NCBI GenBank assembly: GCA_963663035.1
Contig: OY760074.1
Span: 1 to 64,000 of the forward strand
DNA from: Acidobacteriota bacterium
GTDB taxonomy: Bacteria > Acidobacteriota > UBA6911 > RPQK01 > JADFOI01
Direction of reading: 5' to 3'
Length of the DNA: 64,000 bases
Of this stretch, positions 50,823-61,415 are shown in pieces. Every line of letters starts with the position of its first letter. The stretch's first letter is position 1. Below the pieces are notes generated by a model, which did not search any database, was not told the DNA's origin, and saw nothing but the letters and a program-made list of their open reading frames with translations. Made by a program: the position numbers and the translations under genes.

Positions 50823-53800
50823 AGATTGTCGGGTTTTCTATTCGTCGACCGGTTACGGTGACGATGCTCTTTGTGGCCATCGCCGTTTTCGGCGGCGTTT
50901 CTTATGGCAGGTTGGCCCTCAATCTCTTACCCGATATCTCCTATCCCACCCTCACCATTCGCACCCAGTATGAAGGTGCTGCTCCAGCGGAAGTCGAGAG
51001 CCTGATCACCGAGACAGTCGAGAACGCTGTCAGCGTGGTGACCGATGTCGTTCGCGTCAGTTCAGTCTCAAAGCCAGAGGTTTCTGACGTCATTCTCGAA
51101 TTCAGCTGGAGAACCAATATGGATTTTGCCGCGCTGGATGTCCGGGAAAAACTGGATGTCTTGCGGCTGCCTGTGGACGCCGATAAACCCCTTCTTCTGC
51201 GTTACGATCCTTCAACTGACCCGATTATGAGGGTCAGCGTGGCGGGTTCATCTGACCTGGCAGCGATTCGATATCTTTCTGAGGAATTTGTGAAGTCCGA
51301 TTTGGAAAGCATTGACGGTGTGGCCGCTGTCCGAGTTTCAGGGGGACTCGAAGAGGAGATCCAGGTCGAGCTGGACGAGCAGCGCCTCGCTTCACTTGGA
51401 ATTTCCATCCGGGATGTCACTTCTCGGCTAGCCCAAGAAAACATCAACCTGACGGGAGGAACACTCCAGGAGGGTGAGAGCAAGTATCTGGTTCGAACTC
51501 TCAACGAGTTTCAAGGGGTCGATGAAATCAACGAAGTGATTGTGGCGCAAAGAAACGGTGTCCCGGTCCGTCTTGAGGACATCGGCTCTGTTTACCCGGG
51601 CTTTAAGGAACGCAAGGTGATCACTCGCATTAACGGAGAGGAAAGCGTTGAAATTGCCGTCTTCAAGGCGGCCGATGCCAACACGGTGACAACCGCAGCT
51701 CTGGTTCGAAGTCGGTTGGAAACTCTCGAAGAGGAATACAGAGGGAAGAAGGATCCACTGGATTTCGAAGTGGTGTTTGACCAATCACGATTTATCGAAA
51801 GCTCCATTGATGAAGTTCTAAATACTGCTGTCCTTGGCGGTATTCTGGCAATTATTGTGCTGTTTCTTTTCCTGCGAAGCCTGAAGAGCACCCTGATCAT
51901 CGCCATGGCGATACCTCTTTCGATTGTGGCCACCTTCTTTCTGATGTACGGGGCCAACATTTCCCTCAATATCATGTCGCTGAGCGGACTGGCACTGGGT
52001 ATCGGGATGCTGGTGGACAACTCCATTGTTGTGCTCGAGTCAATCTATCGTTATCGGGCAAAGGGGTACGGTCCCCGCGAAGCAGCTGAGCTTGGAGCCA
52101 GTGAGGTCGGCCACCCAGTGGTGGCCAGCACCATGACCACCATCTGTGTTTTTGCACCGATCGTATTTGTTGAGGGAATCGCCGGGCAGTTGTTTGCCGA
52201 CCAGGCATTGACGGTGACATTCTCCATGGTGGCCTCTCTTGTCGTTGCCATGATGCTCATTCCTATGCTGGCCAGCCGGGGCCAGAGTGGTGAAGAAGGG
52301 ACCCTGGCGGCAAAGCCGGAGAAAAAAACGAGGCAGTTTTTTCTGGTTCGCCCCTATTTCTGGTTCCTGGAGCTGGCTCTGCGGCACCGGTTGGTTTCCT
52401 TAGGCCTTGCCCTGGGGTTGTTTGCTGGGTCGCTCAGTCTGATGACGGGGAGGGGATCAGAACTCATCCCTGAAGTCAGCCAGGGCGAATTCTTCCTGGA
52501 TCTCCAACTCCCTCCCGGCCTTCCGGTTGAACAGACGGCCCGACGCTTCGAGGAAGTGGAGACGATCATCCAGGATCAGCCGGGAGTTCAGAGGTATTAC
52601 ACGATCGTAGGATCGGGCAATCAAACGGGGGCTTCGGCAGTAGAGGAGAGGGAGCACATCGGGCAGATTCTGGTGACGCTGGATCCTGAGATTCTTCGTG
52701 AAAGAGAGGACGAGGTTGTGGAACGGTTGAGGGAGAAGCTTCAAGAGCTCCCGGCCGTGGACTACAAGTTTTCCCGGCCTGCTCTCTTTAGCTTCAAAAC
52801 ACCCATAGAGGTGGTAATACAGGGATACAATCTGCAGGTCTTAAAAGTGAATGCCGAGCGAATCAAAGAGCTGTTGGAAGGGGTCCCGGGGTTGAGAGAC
52901 CTGAAGGCCAGCACGGCCGGCGGAAATCCTGAGGTCCAGATCCATTTTGACCGTCGAAGACTGGCCAACTTTGGACTGACGATCAACCAGGCCGCTGACC
53001 TCATTCGCAACAAGGTTCAGGGTGATGTCCCCACGGAGTTGAACGAGCGTGACCGAAAAATCGATATACGAGTCCGGGTTATGGAGGAGGACCGCAGGTC
53101 CCTGTTTGATTTATCGAATCTTGTTTTGGACGTACCCAACGGCAGTGGGGTTCGTTTGTCCTCTGTCGCCGATGTCACATTGGAAGAGGGACCCACAGAG
53201 ATTCGACACATTGGACCACAACGCGTTGCTGTGATCTCTGCCAACATTGTCGAGAGGGATCTGCAGAGCGTCGTCACGGAAATTGAGATGGCCCTTGAAG
53301 CATTCGATCTGCCGCCCGATCTTTCAGTCTATGTGGGGGGGCAAAGTGAAGAGCGTATGGTGGCCTTTGAAAGCATGCAGTTTGCCATCTTGCTGGCTGT
53401 CTTCCTGGTCTATCTTGTAATGGCCTCACAATTTGAATCTCTGGCTCAACCCTTCATCATCATGTTTGCCATTCCCTTTGCGCTCATCGGTGTGGCCTTG
53501 GCTTTGTATATCACTGACCTGGTGGTGAGCGTGGTAGTCCTCATCGGAGGTGTGATCCTGGCGGGAATTGTTGTGAATAACTCCATTGTTTTGATAGACT
53601 TCACTAACCAACTGAGAAATCAGGGAAAAGATAAATTTCAGGCCATCAAGGAGGCTTGTGGAGTGCGCCTGCGACCCATTTTGATGACCACCAGCACCAC
53701 CGTTCTCGGTCTTCTTCCCATGGCTCTCAGTGGGGGGCAAGGCTCTGAACTGCGAGTTCCCCTGGCAGTGACAGTCATTGGGGGCCTGATTACCGCGACC

Positions 53801-53863
53801 CTGCTGACACTTGTCTTTGTTCCGGTTCTTTACACGATAGTGACTCGGGAGAAAAAAGTATGA
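50819..53863 (+). CDS. RND permease, AcrB/AcrD/AcrF family, subunit 1
   Basis: RRPV, GMLVDNSIVVLE, SQFES and RLRPILMT. Confidence 0.95.
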   Translation: MKIVGFSIRRPVTVTMLFVAIAVFGGVSYGRLALNLLPDISYPTLTIRTQYEGAAPAEVESLITETVENAVSVVTDVVRVSSVSKPEVSDVILEFSWRTNMDFAALDVREKLDVLRLPVDADKPLLLRYDPSTDPIMRVSVAGSSDLAAIRYLSEEFVKSDLESIDGVAAVRVSGGLEEEIQVELDEQRLASLGISIRDVTSRLAQENINLTGGTLQEGESKYLVRTLNEFQGVDEINEVIVAQRNGVPVRLEDIGSVYPGFKERKVITRINGEESVEIAVFKAADANTVTTAALVRSRLETLEEEYRGKKDPLDFEVVFDQSRFIESSIDEVLNTAVLGGILAIIVLFLFLRSLKSTLIIAMAIPLSIVATFFLMYGANISLNIMSLSGLALGIGMLVDNSIVVLESIYRYRAKGYGPREAAELGASEVGHPVVASTMTTICVFAPIVFVEGIAGQLFADQALTVTFSMVASLVVAMMLIPMLASRGQSGEEGTLAAKPEKKTRQFFLVRPYFWFLELALRHRLVSLGLALGLFAGSLSLMTGRGSELIPEVSQGEFFLDLQLPPGLPVEQTARRFEEVETIIQDQPGVQRYYTIVGSGNQTGASAVEEREHIGQILVTLDPEILREREDEVVERLREKLQELPAVDYKFSRPALFSFKTPIEVVIQGYNLQVLKVNAERIKELLEGVPGLRDLKASTAGGNPEVQIHFDRRRLANFGLTINQAADLIRNKVQGDVPTELNERDRKIDIRVRVMEEDRRSLFDLSNLVLDVPNGSGVRLSSVADVTLEEGPTEIRHIGPQRVAVISANIVERDLQSVVTEIEMALEAFDLPPDLSVYVGGQSEERMVAFESMQFAILLAVFLVYLVMASQFESLAQPFIIMFAIPFALIGVALALYITDLVVSVVVLIGGVILAGIVVNNSIVLIDFTNQLRNQGKDKFQAIKEACGVRLRPILMTTSTTVLGLLPMALSGGQGSELRVPLAVTVIGGLITATLLTLVFVPVLYTIVTREKKV

Positions 53864-56800
53864 ATCTATCGAAATTTTCAGTCCTTCGGCCCGTAACGAT
53901 CCTGATGGTGACGCTTTCCGTTCTTGTTTTGGGTTTTTTGTCGCTGCAGCGCCTGCCTCTGAAGCAGATGCCGGAGTTCTCTTCCGCAGTCCTGTCCGTG
54001 AACGCCAGTTACCCCTCCTCTTCGCCGGACGAAGTGGAACGCAATATCACCCGGCCTTTGGAAGAGGCTCTGAGCACCCTGGAGAACCTGGAAGGCATGA
54101 GCTCCACTTCCTCTAACAGCAGTGCGAATGTGCGCCTCGAGTTCAAGCAGGGTACCGATATGGATCTGACCTTCCTGGCGATCCGGGACCGAATTGATCA
54201 GGTGAGTAATCGATTGCCCTCTGATGTGGAGCAAATTGCAATCAGGCAATGGCATGCCAGCGATCAGCCGGTGCTGCGTTTTTCCGTTGCCTGGGATGGA
54301 GAACGTGAAGAGCTGTACCAGGTCGTGGATGACATTCTGCTTCGCCGCTTGGAGAGGCTTGATGGTGTGGCCAACGTTGAAATCAGGGGCATGGGCACCA
54401 AGCAGATCATAATCGACCTCGATCAGAATTTGTTACAAGCTTATGGCATCGATATCTCTCGCTTGAACCAGTCGCTACGCGATAACAACATCAACGTGGC
54501 TGGGGGCTACATCATGGATGGAGGGAAGAAATACAGCCTCCGGGCCGTCGGTCAATTCGAGGACCCGGACGAGATTGCCAATCTTCCCCTTCAAGGTGGC
54601 CGCTTGACCCTGTCCGATGTCGGCCAGGTACGTTTCGACTTTCCCGAAAAGACTTCCTTTTCCCGGCTGGATAGCATTGATGCCGTCAACATTGATGTGT
54701 ACAAAGCCTCCACAGCGAATATTGTCAGCGTTTCCCAAACGGCGAAAGAAGAACTGCAGGCGATCCAGCAGCTTCCGCAGCTGGAGGGGCGTTTGTCGGT
54801 GAAGATCTTTCGAGATCAGTCCGATGACATTCTCAAGAGTTTGAACGACCTCAAGAATGCTGGAATCTACGGTGGGGTCTTGGCGATGGGCGTGCTGTTT
54901 CTCTTCTTGATGAAGTTTCGCAGTACCATCATCATTTCTATTGCCATTCCGGTGTCCATCGTTTTCACCTTCGCTTTCATGTATCTGCTGCGGGTTTTTG
55001 CCGGCTCGGACATCAGCTTGAACGTCGTTTCCCTGATGGGATTGATGGTTGCAATCGGGATGCTGGTGGACAGCAGCGTCGTGGTGCTGGAGAATATTTT
55101 TCGCCATAAGCAAGACAAGGGTCTGGGAGCGCGCGAGGCTGCCATATCAGGCAGCCTCGAAGTGGGTTTAGCCGTACTGGCCTCCACGGCCACCACCATC
55201 GTGGTGTTCGTCAGTTTCATCTTTGCTCCCAGCACGCAGATGGGTCGGTTCACACGGGACTTTGGTTTGGCTATCGGCGTGGCTCTCATTGCCGCCTTGA
55301 TTGTGGCCCTCACCTTGATTCCCATGCTGTCGAGTCGTCTATTTACCGGCAAGGAAAAGCCGAGACAAAGGGCGCTGGTGTGGATGACCGAGACTTACGG
55401 AGCTCTCATGGGTTGGCTGCTGCGCTGGCGCTTTGTGAGTCTCATCGTGCTGGCAATGCTGGCCTTCGCTTCTTACCAGCTACTCACTTCAATTGATCGG
55501 GAAAATCTTCCCCGCGTGGCCCAGCGGAATCTTCGGGTGAATGTGACCATGGAGCGCTCCTTTTCCGCTGAAGAGATGATTGAGCTGTTCGGGGGTGTGG
55601 AAAAGACGTTTCTGGATCGAAAGGACGAATTAGGCATTGCCACCATCGCCAGTAATTTTAGTAACCGGACCACGAGCCGAGGGCAATATCGGGGGAATAT
55701 GACGATCTACTTGAAAGAGGAGGGGGACCTCAAACCGGTGGCGGTTGCCCAGGAGGAGATACGAGCCCTCTTTCCGGAGATTCCCGGCGTCGAGTTCTCC
55801 TTCGGGCGAATGATGCACATGGGAGGCGGCGAGATGGGTGTGAGCATCGAGCTCACGGGAGATGAGTCGGCCGTCCTGGCGGTGTATGCAGAGGAAGTGA
55901 AGGCGATCCTTTCCACGATTCCGGAACTCACAGACATTGAAACCTCCCTTGAAACGGGAGATGAGGAGATCCATCTGACGGTGGACCGGAAGAAGACGGA
56001 GATGTTTGGCATTTCAGCCCAACTGGTGGCCAGAACCGTTGCTTCCGCCCTGAGCAGTCGCGCCGTCACTCGATACCAGAGCGATGCTGGTGAAATCGAT
56101 GTGGTGGTGCAGCTTGAAGGTGGAAATGAGCTGAGTCTCCAGGAACTCGAAAATATACAATTTGAAAATCGCGATGGGGAGATGATCCCCTTGTATGCCG
56201 TTGTTGATTATCAATATGAGGAAGGCCCGCTGGCGATCCGGCGGGATGACCGCAGGTCGGTGCTCCAGGTGACAGCCAATGCGGAGCGCGGCGGTGGAAT
56301 GTTCCTCAATAACATGATTCAAGGTCGGTTGGAGAGCGAGCTCCAGCTTCCGGCTGGATATTCCTTTAGTTTTGGTGACCAGTGGATGCGCTTTCGACAA
56401 GGTGAACAGCAGAGCTTCTTTTCCATCATTCTGGCCGTGGTCCTCATGTACATCATCATGGCGGCGCTCTTCGAGAGTTTTATCCATCCACTGACGATTC
56501 TTTTCTGTGTTCCTTTTTCGATCATTGGGGTGGCTGGCATCTTTTATCTAACCGGGACGACGCTCAACTCAATGGCCTATCTTGGCATCCTGGTTCTCTT
56601 TGGGTTGGTCGTAAACAACGGGATCATTTTGGTGGATCACATCAATATCTTAAGACGCGAAGGAATGCCGCGGAGTGAGGCCATTCGCCAGGGCGGAATG
56701 GATCGCCTTCGCCCCATTCTCATGACAGCAATAACCTCTATTTTAGGTATTTTACCCTTAACGCTGCCAGCTCTTCTCCCAGAATACTTTCCGGAGGCTG

Positions 56801-57009
56801 AGGGACGTGCTCGGATGTGGACTCCAGTCAGCCTGGCGGTACTGGGAGGTCTCACAACCTCGACCTTCCTGACCCTCATCATCCTTCCCACGGTGTACTC
56901 CTATATGGATGATGTCAGTCTGGGGTTTCAGTGGCTGGGCCGGACCATCTCCAATCTGGGGTCTGGCACTAACTTCACCCGCGTCAGGGCGGAGGTTCAC
57001 AAAGGCTAG
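53860..57009 (+). CDS. RND permease, AcrB/AcrD/AcrF family, subunit 2
   Basis: RPV, GMLVDSSVVVLEN, ALFES and RLRPILMT; ATGA overlap. Confidence 0.95.
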   Translation: MNLSKFSVLRPVTILMVTLSVLVLGFLSLQRLPLKQMPEFSSAVLSVNASYPSSSPDEVERNITRPLEEALSTLENLEGMSSTSSNSSANVRLEFKQGTDMDLTFLAIRDRIDQVSNRLPSDVEQIAIRQWHASDQPVLRFSVAWDGEREELYQVVDDILLRRLERLDGVANVEIRGMGTKQIIIDLDQNLLQAYGIDISRLNQSLRDNNINVAGGYIMDGGKKYSLRAVGQFEDPDEIANLPLQGGRLTLSDVGQVRFDFPEKTSFSRLDSIDAVNIDVYKASTANIVSVSQTAKEELQAIQQLPQLEGRLSVKIFRDQSDDILKSLNDLKNAGIYGGVLAMGVLFLFLMKFRSTIIISIAIPVSIVFTFAFMYLLRVFAGSDISLNVVSLMGLMVAIGMLVDSSVVVLENIFRHKQDKGLGAREAAISGSLEVGLAVLASTATTIVVFVSFIFAPSTQMGRFTRDFGLAIGVALIAALIVALTLIPMLSSRLFTGKEKPRQRALVWMTETYGALMGWLLRWRFVSLIVLAMLAFASYQLLTSIDRENLPRVAQRNLRVNVTMERSFSAEEMIELFGGVEKTFLDRKDELGIATIASNFSNRTTSRGQYRGNMTIYLKEEGDLKPVAVAQEEIRALFPEIPGVEFSFGRMMHMGGGEMGVSIELTGDESAVLAVYAEEVKAILSTIPELTDIETSLETGDEEIHLTVDRKKTEMFGISAQLVARTVASALSSRAVTRYQSDAGEIDVVVQLEGGNELSLQELENIQFENRDGEMIPLYAVVDYQYEEGPLAIRRDDRRSVLQVTANAERGGGMFLNNMIQGRLESELQLPAGYSFSFGDQWMRFRQGEQQSFFSIILAVVLMYIIMAALFESFIHPLTILFCVPFSIIGVAGIFYLTGTTLNSMAYLGILVLFGLVVNNGIILVDHINILRREGMPRSEAIRQGGMDRLRPILMTAITSILGILPLTLPALLPEYFPEAEGRARMWTPVSLAVLGGLTTSTFLTLIILPTVYSYMDDVSLGFQWLGRTISNLGSGTNFTRVRAEVHKG

Positions 57010-58648
57010 CCGCAATTATTCATAAGTTTGGGGTGAGTGTCGATTTTCTGCGGAAGTTCAGGGCTGAGAGTGTGTTCAGGTGCGATTACAAGGCGTCCAA
57101 GCTTGTTGAGCCGAATAGAGATGAAGCGAGAGCCCCTTCCGGAAACAGCTCGGCCCGCAGGGGGCTGTATATCTGTGTTGGCGCAGGGAGTCAGGGGACC
57201 GTCAGGTGGGACACAGACGGTGCATCAGTAATGCGAAGAGCTTTTGTTCGGGATAAGACGATGCCAGGTGCACCCAGATGCGACGAGAAGTTTCCCGAAC
57301 CCGGGCACCGATTTTGAACAGGCGGCGGCGGAGCGTCTCAATCTCCAGGTTGTGCCAGGGAGTCCCGCACAGGTAATCCCGCAGGCGCAGGATTAAGACA
57401 TAGGCCAGGGCGTGGATGAAGAGTCGGAACTGGTTGGCCAGGAAACGGTGGCAGCTCAAGCGATCCATGGCCAGATCTTTTTTGAAAGCTTTCACGAAGT
57501 TCTCGCACTGGCCCCGTCCGATGTAGTGGTCATACAGCTGCCCGGCCGTGAGATCCTGGCGGTTGGTGACCACAAAGCGACGGTTGAACCCGCGCTCGCT
57601 CACTTCCACCTTGGCCACCATGCGCCGCTCCCGGTCCCAACTGTCGGCCTGATAGACGAGCTCGGTGAACTGGCGTTGCTTTTCTCCTGAGTCGTCATAG
57701 TCTGCTTGCACCTGCTCAACCAAGGGCTCGACGGTGGCCGCCAGCCGGGAGTTGCGGGCAAAGCCCACCACATACTGCAGTTTTTCCTCCTCACAGAACT
57801 CGTACAGTGCCGGCGTCGCAAAGCCACTGTCGGCTCGCACTTCGATCGGAACATCGGATCCCAGAACCTGGCGCATCCGGGCCACCACCCGTTTGAGAAC
57901 CGCCACCGCGTGGGCGGCCGCCCCCTGGTTGCCGGGCCGCAGTAGCGCACATACCAGATCGCCCGTCTCGCCATCGAATAGCAGCAGCGGATGATACATG
58001 TGCTCGCGATAATAGCCGTGGTAAAAGCTGAACTCCTGCTGCCCATGCGTGACGTCATCCGTGCTGTCGATGTCCAGGATGATCTTCTCGGGCCGGCTCT
58101 TCTTGCGGTGCTTCAAGTAGGTCTCCAGCAGCCACTGTCCCAGGCGAGTGAGATCCTTCGAGTCCACCGAGTTCTCCAGTCGCGACAGCGTGGGTTGAGA
58201 AGCCAGATCCGGATCGCTTTCCGGCAGCCGATCACACACGGTCTTGAAGATGGGATCCGAGCGCAAGCTGTCGGCATCGTTGCAGTCCTCATAGCCGGCC
58301 ACGATCTGAAAGCTGCGCTGGGTGAGCAGTTCGCGAATCTGGTGGCGGACGTAGCGGCTATCTCGAGCGTCCTTCAGGCAGGAGGCAAAGCCAGCCGTCA
58401 GTCCGTGCTGTTGATCCAGGGCGTACAGACACAGCAGCCCGGCATCGGAGGAGAGCCGGCCTCCATCGAATCGAGCCACCACTTTTCTGTCAGGGTGAGA
58501 TGGCAAGTTGATCTGGCAGACTGATGCATCGCTGGGCCGTACCTTTTTGGTTTGGAGTTGTTTCATAACCCCTTTTATATCAAAGAGGTACGGCATCTTT
58601 TTGTGCCCTCGATCAGACCCCTTCTTCAGAATTTATGAATAATCCGGG
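57010..58648 (-). mobile_element. IS1380-family element, copy 2
   Basis: Same length and apparently identical to 23538..25176 (identical ORF translations). Flanks are CTAG (the RND stop) and CTTAG. Confidence 0.95.
57202..58596 (-). CDS. IS1380-family transposase
   Basis: Identical 464-aa translation to 23730..25124. Confidence 0.95.
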   Translation of the reverse strand: MPYLFDIKGVMKQLQTKKVRPSDASVCQINLPSHPDRKVVARFDGGRLSSDAGLLCLYALDQQHGLTAGFASCLKDARDSRYVRHQIRELLTQRSFQIVAGYEDCNDADSLRSDPIFKTVCDRLPESDPDLASQPTLSRLENSVDSKDLTRLGQWLLETYLKHRKKSRPEKIILDIDSTDDVTHGQQEFSFYHGYYREHMYHPLLLFDGETGDLVCALLRPGNQGAAAHAVAVLKRVVARMRQVLGSDVPIEVRADSGFATPALYEFCEEEKLQYVVGFARNSRLAATVEPLVEQVQADYDDSGEKQRQFTELVYQADSWDRERRMVAKVEVSERGFNRRFVVTNRQDLTAGQLYDHYIGRGQCENFVKAFKKDLAMDRLSCHRFLANQFRLFIHALAYVLILRLRDYLCGTPWHNLEIETLRRRLFKIGARVRETSRRIWVHLASSYPEQKLFALLMHRLCPT

Positions 58649-58691
58649 CTTAGCATTGACCACAACTGCATTGCGGGAGAGGGGGAGTTTC

Positions 58692-61415
58692 GTGCTAGGC
58701 AAGACCATCAGCCATTACAAGGTTCTTGAGAAAATCGGCCAAGGCGGTATGGGTGAGGTCTACCGCGCCACCGATACCAAGCTGAACCGGGACGTGGCGC
58801 TCAAGATCCTGCCCGAGCAGTTTGCCTCTGATTCACAGCGAATGGGCCGGTTTCAGCGGGAAGCGGAAGTCCTGGCCTCCCTGGATCATCCCAACATCGG
58901 GCAGATTTACGGGATTGAAGACGCAGGCCAGACCAAGGCCCTGGTTCTCCAGCTCATCGAAGGCCCCACCCTAGCGGAAAGAATTGCCCAGGGACCAATT
59001 CCTGTTGAGGATGCCCTCAAGATTGCGCTGCAGATGGCGGAAGGACTGGAGGCAGCCCACGAGAAGGGGGTGATCCACAGGGATCTCAAGCCTGCCAATA
59101 TCAAGATTACCCCTGAAGGACAGGTCAAGATTCTGGACTTTGGATTAGCTAAGGCTCTGGAGGGGGAGACACCATCAGCCTCAGAGCTCTCACAATCGCC
59201 AACACTCACCGCCGCTGCCACCCAGGCTGGAGTTATTTTGGGTACTGCTGCCTACATGAGTCCGGAACAGGCTAAAGGCAACCAGACCGATACCCGAGCT
59301 GACACATGGGGATTTGGAGCAGTTGTTTACGAGATGCTCACCGGGAAGCGGGCCTTTGACGGGGAGGATGTATCGGACACGCTGGCAGCGGTTTTGCGAG
59401 CTGAAATCGACTGGTCAAAACTTCCGTCTGAAACACCCGCGCCACTTCGGAGGCTTCTGGAACGCTGTCTTAATCGGGATTTGAGACGCCGGTTGGCTGA
59501 CATTCGAGAGGCTCGGATTGCCATAGAAGATTACCTGGCCGATCCCAGCGGGGTGTTGGTGCAGCCAACCGGCGATGTTGTTCAGGCACCTCCGCGACGA
59601 ATACTTCCGTGGGTGGCAGCCCTAATGTTAGCTCTGATCACTGGCGTAGCAGCCTGGAACCTGAAGCCAACAGAACCACAGCCCCTAGCTCCAGCTACTC
59701 GCTTCTACCATGAACTGCCCGACGGCCAGGCATTTACAAGAGGAGGGCGCCCGCTTGTGGCGGTATCACCCGATGGCAGCCAGATTGTTTACGTTGCCAA
59801 TAGCCAACTTTATCTGAGAAACCTGAACGAGATGGTAGCGCGTCCGATTCAAGGAACGGATGAAGACCCTAACAACCCGTTCTTTTCACCCGGCGGCGAA
59901 TGGGTCGGATACTATTCAACTTCTGATAGTCAGCTAAAGAAGATCTCCACCATCGGAGGTGCACCGGTGACCTTGTGCGATGCAGCGTTTCCCTTTGGTG
60001 CGAGTTGGGGTTCAGACGACACCATTGTGTACGGCCAGCCTGAGGGGATCATGCGCGTGTCCGCCAATGGCGGGACTCCAGAGTTGGTCATTTCAACGGA
60101 AGCACCAGAACAGGTGCATGGCCCCCAAATGTTGCCGGGTGGTGAGTGGGTACTGTTCACGTTGACTAGGTTGACTAGCGTGAGTGGTATAACCCGCTGG
60201 GATGAGGCACAGATTGTCGTGCAGTCGCTTGAATCAGGAGAACGAAAGATTCTGTGGGAGGGCGGCAGCGATGCTCGTTACGTTCCTACCGGGCATCTCG
60301 TCTATGCGTTAGAGGACGTGCTGTTTGCGCTTCCCTTTGACCTGGCCAGCCTGGAGGCTTCAGGCGGACCAGTTCCGATGGTTGAGGGAGTTCGGCGGGC
60401 TCCTCCACAGTTCACGGCGAGCGCACACTATGGATTCTCAGACCGTGGGACACTGATTTATATACCAGGCACGGCAGCAATGGCTCAGATGCGTGTTCTT
60501 GCGCTGGTGGACCGGGATGGCCTGGTGGAACGCCTCAACGCGCCGCCCAAAGAATATCTGAGTCCGCGCCTATCGCCAGACGGACAGACCCTGCTCGTTC
60601 AGAGTGTCGAAGAGAACGGTAACGTCATTTGGCTGTATGACCTCACCGGAGACACGGCGATCCAGCAACTGACGTTTGAGGGCAACAACCAGCGTCCCGT
60701 CTGGACTCCGGACGGCCAACGCATCGCGTTCTCATCGGACCGGGATGGGACGATGAGTCTCTACTGGATGCCAGCCGATGGAAGCGGTGTCGCCGAGCGT
60801 CTCACGACAGCCGAAGAGGGAACAAGCCACTGGATGGGGTCCTGGTCGCCGGACGGCGAACTCCTGGTGTTCAATGTAGAAAGGGCCCTCGCGACCGATT
60901 GGGACATTTGGACGTTGTCCGTGGATGATCGAGAGACGCAAAGCCTCTATGACACGCCTGAAACCATATATATGGGTGCAGAGCTCTCTCCCAATGCTGA
61001 GTGGTTGGCTTACGGAGCCGGTCCGATTGCTGGGGAAGCCGACATCTACGTCGAGCCGTTCCCGCCGACAGGAGCTAGGCGCAGGATTTCACAAGACGGA
61101 GGTTATTGGCCTTTGTGGTCACCTGAAGGGAGTGAGCTCTTCTACCGACCCGTTTCCACCTCTGCAGGAATAACACTGAGGTCGGTCGATATTGTCACTC
61201 AACCGGCCTTTGCGTTCAGCAACGAACAGACGCTTCCAGTTGAAGGGTTCAACGTGGTTGGCTACTACAGGGACTACGACATCAGTCCCGACGGCAAACG
61301 ACTGCTCATGGTGTTCCCAGCGGACCAGTCCGATTCCGGCGAACCCGCCCGTCCCCAGATCAATATCGTCCTCAACTGGTTCGAGGAATTGAAGGAACGG
61401 GTGCCTGTGCCATGA
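58692..61415 (+). CDS. Hanks-type Ser/Thr kinase with TM and TolB/PD40 beta-propeller
   Basis: GQGGMGEVY, VALK, HRDLKPAN, DFG, YMSPE and SPDG repeats. The start is trimmed to GTG because the ORF-track start lies in the IS end. Confidence 0.95.
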   Translation: MLGKTISHYKVLEKIGQGGMGEVYRATDTKLNRDVALKILPEQFASDSQRMGRFQREAEVLASLDHPNIGQIYGIEDAGQTKALVLQLIEGPTLAERIAQGPIPVEDALKIALQMAEGLEAAHEKGVIHRDLKPANIKITPEGQVKILDFGLAKALEGETPSASELSQSPTLTAAATQAGVILGTAAYMSPEQAKGNQTDTRADTWGFGAVVYEMLTGKRAFDGEDVSDTLAAVLRAEIDWSKLPSETPAPLRRLLERCLNRDLRRRLADIREARIAIEDYLADPSGVLVQPTGDVVQAPPRRILPWVAALMLALITGVAAWNLKPTEPQPLAPATRFYHELPDGQAFTRGGRPLVAVSPDGSQIVYVANSQLYLRNLNEMVARPIQGTDEDPNNPFFSPGGEWVGYYSTSDSQLKKISTIGGAPVTLCDAAFPFGASWGSDDTIVYGQPEGIMRVSANGGTPELVISTEAPEQVHGPQMLPGGEWVLFTLTRLTSVSGITRWDEAQIVVQSLESGERKILWEGGSDARYVPTGHLVYALEDVLFALPFDLASLEASGGPVPMVEGVRRAPPQFTASAHYGFSDRGTLIYIPGTAAMAQMRVLALVDRDGLVERLNAPPKEYLSPRLSPDGQTLLVQSVEENGNVIWLYDLTGDTAIQQLTFEGNNQRPVWTPDGQRIAFSSDRDGTMSLYWMPADGSGVAERLTTAEEGTSHWMGSWSPDGELLVFNVERALATDWDIWTLSVDDRETQSLYDTPETIYMGAELSPNAEWLAYGAGPIAGEADIYVEPFPPTGARRRISQDGGYWPLWSPEGSELFYRPVSTSAGITLRSVDIVTQPAFAFSNEQTLPVEGFNVVGYYRDYDISPDGKRLLMVFPADQSDSGEPARPQINIVLNWFEELKERVPVP

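Noticed and set aside
58635-58691. MNNPG... extension of the kinase ORF
   Set aside because: The ATG lies in the IS1380 terminal repeat; the likely start is GTG 58692.
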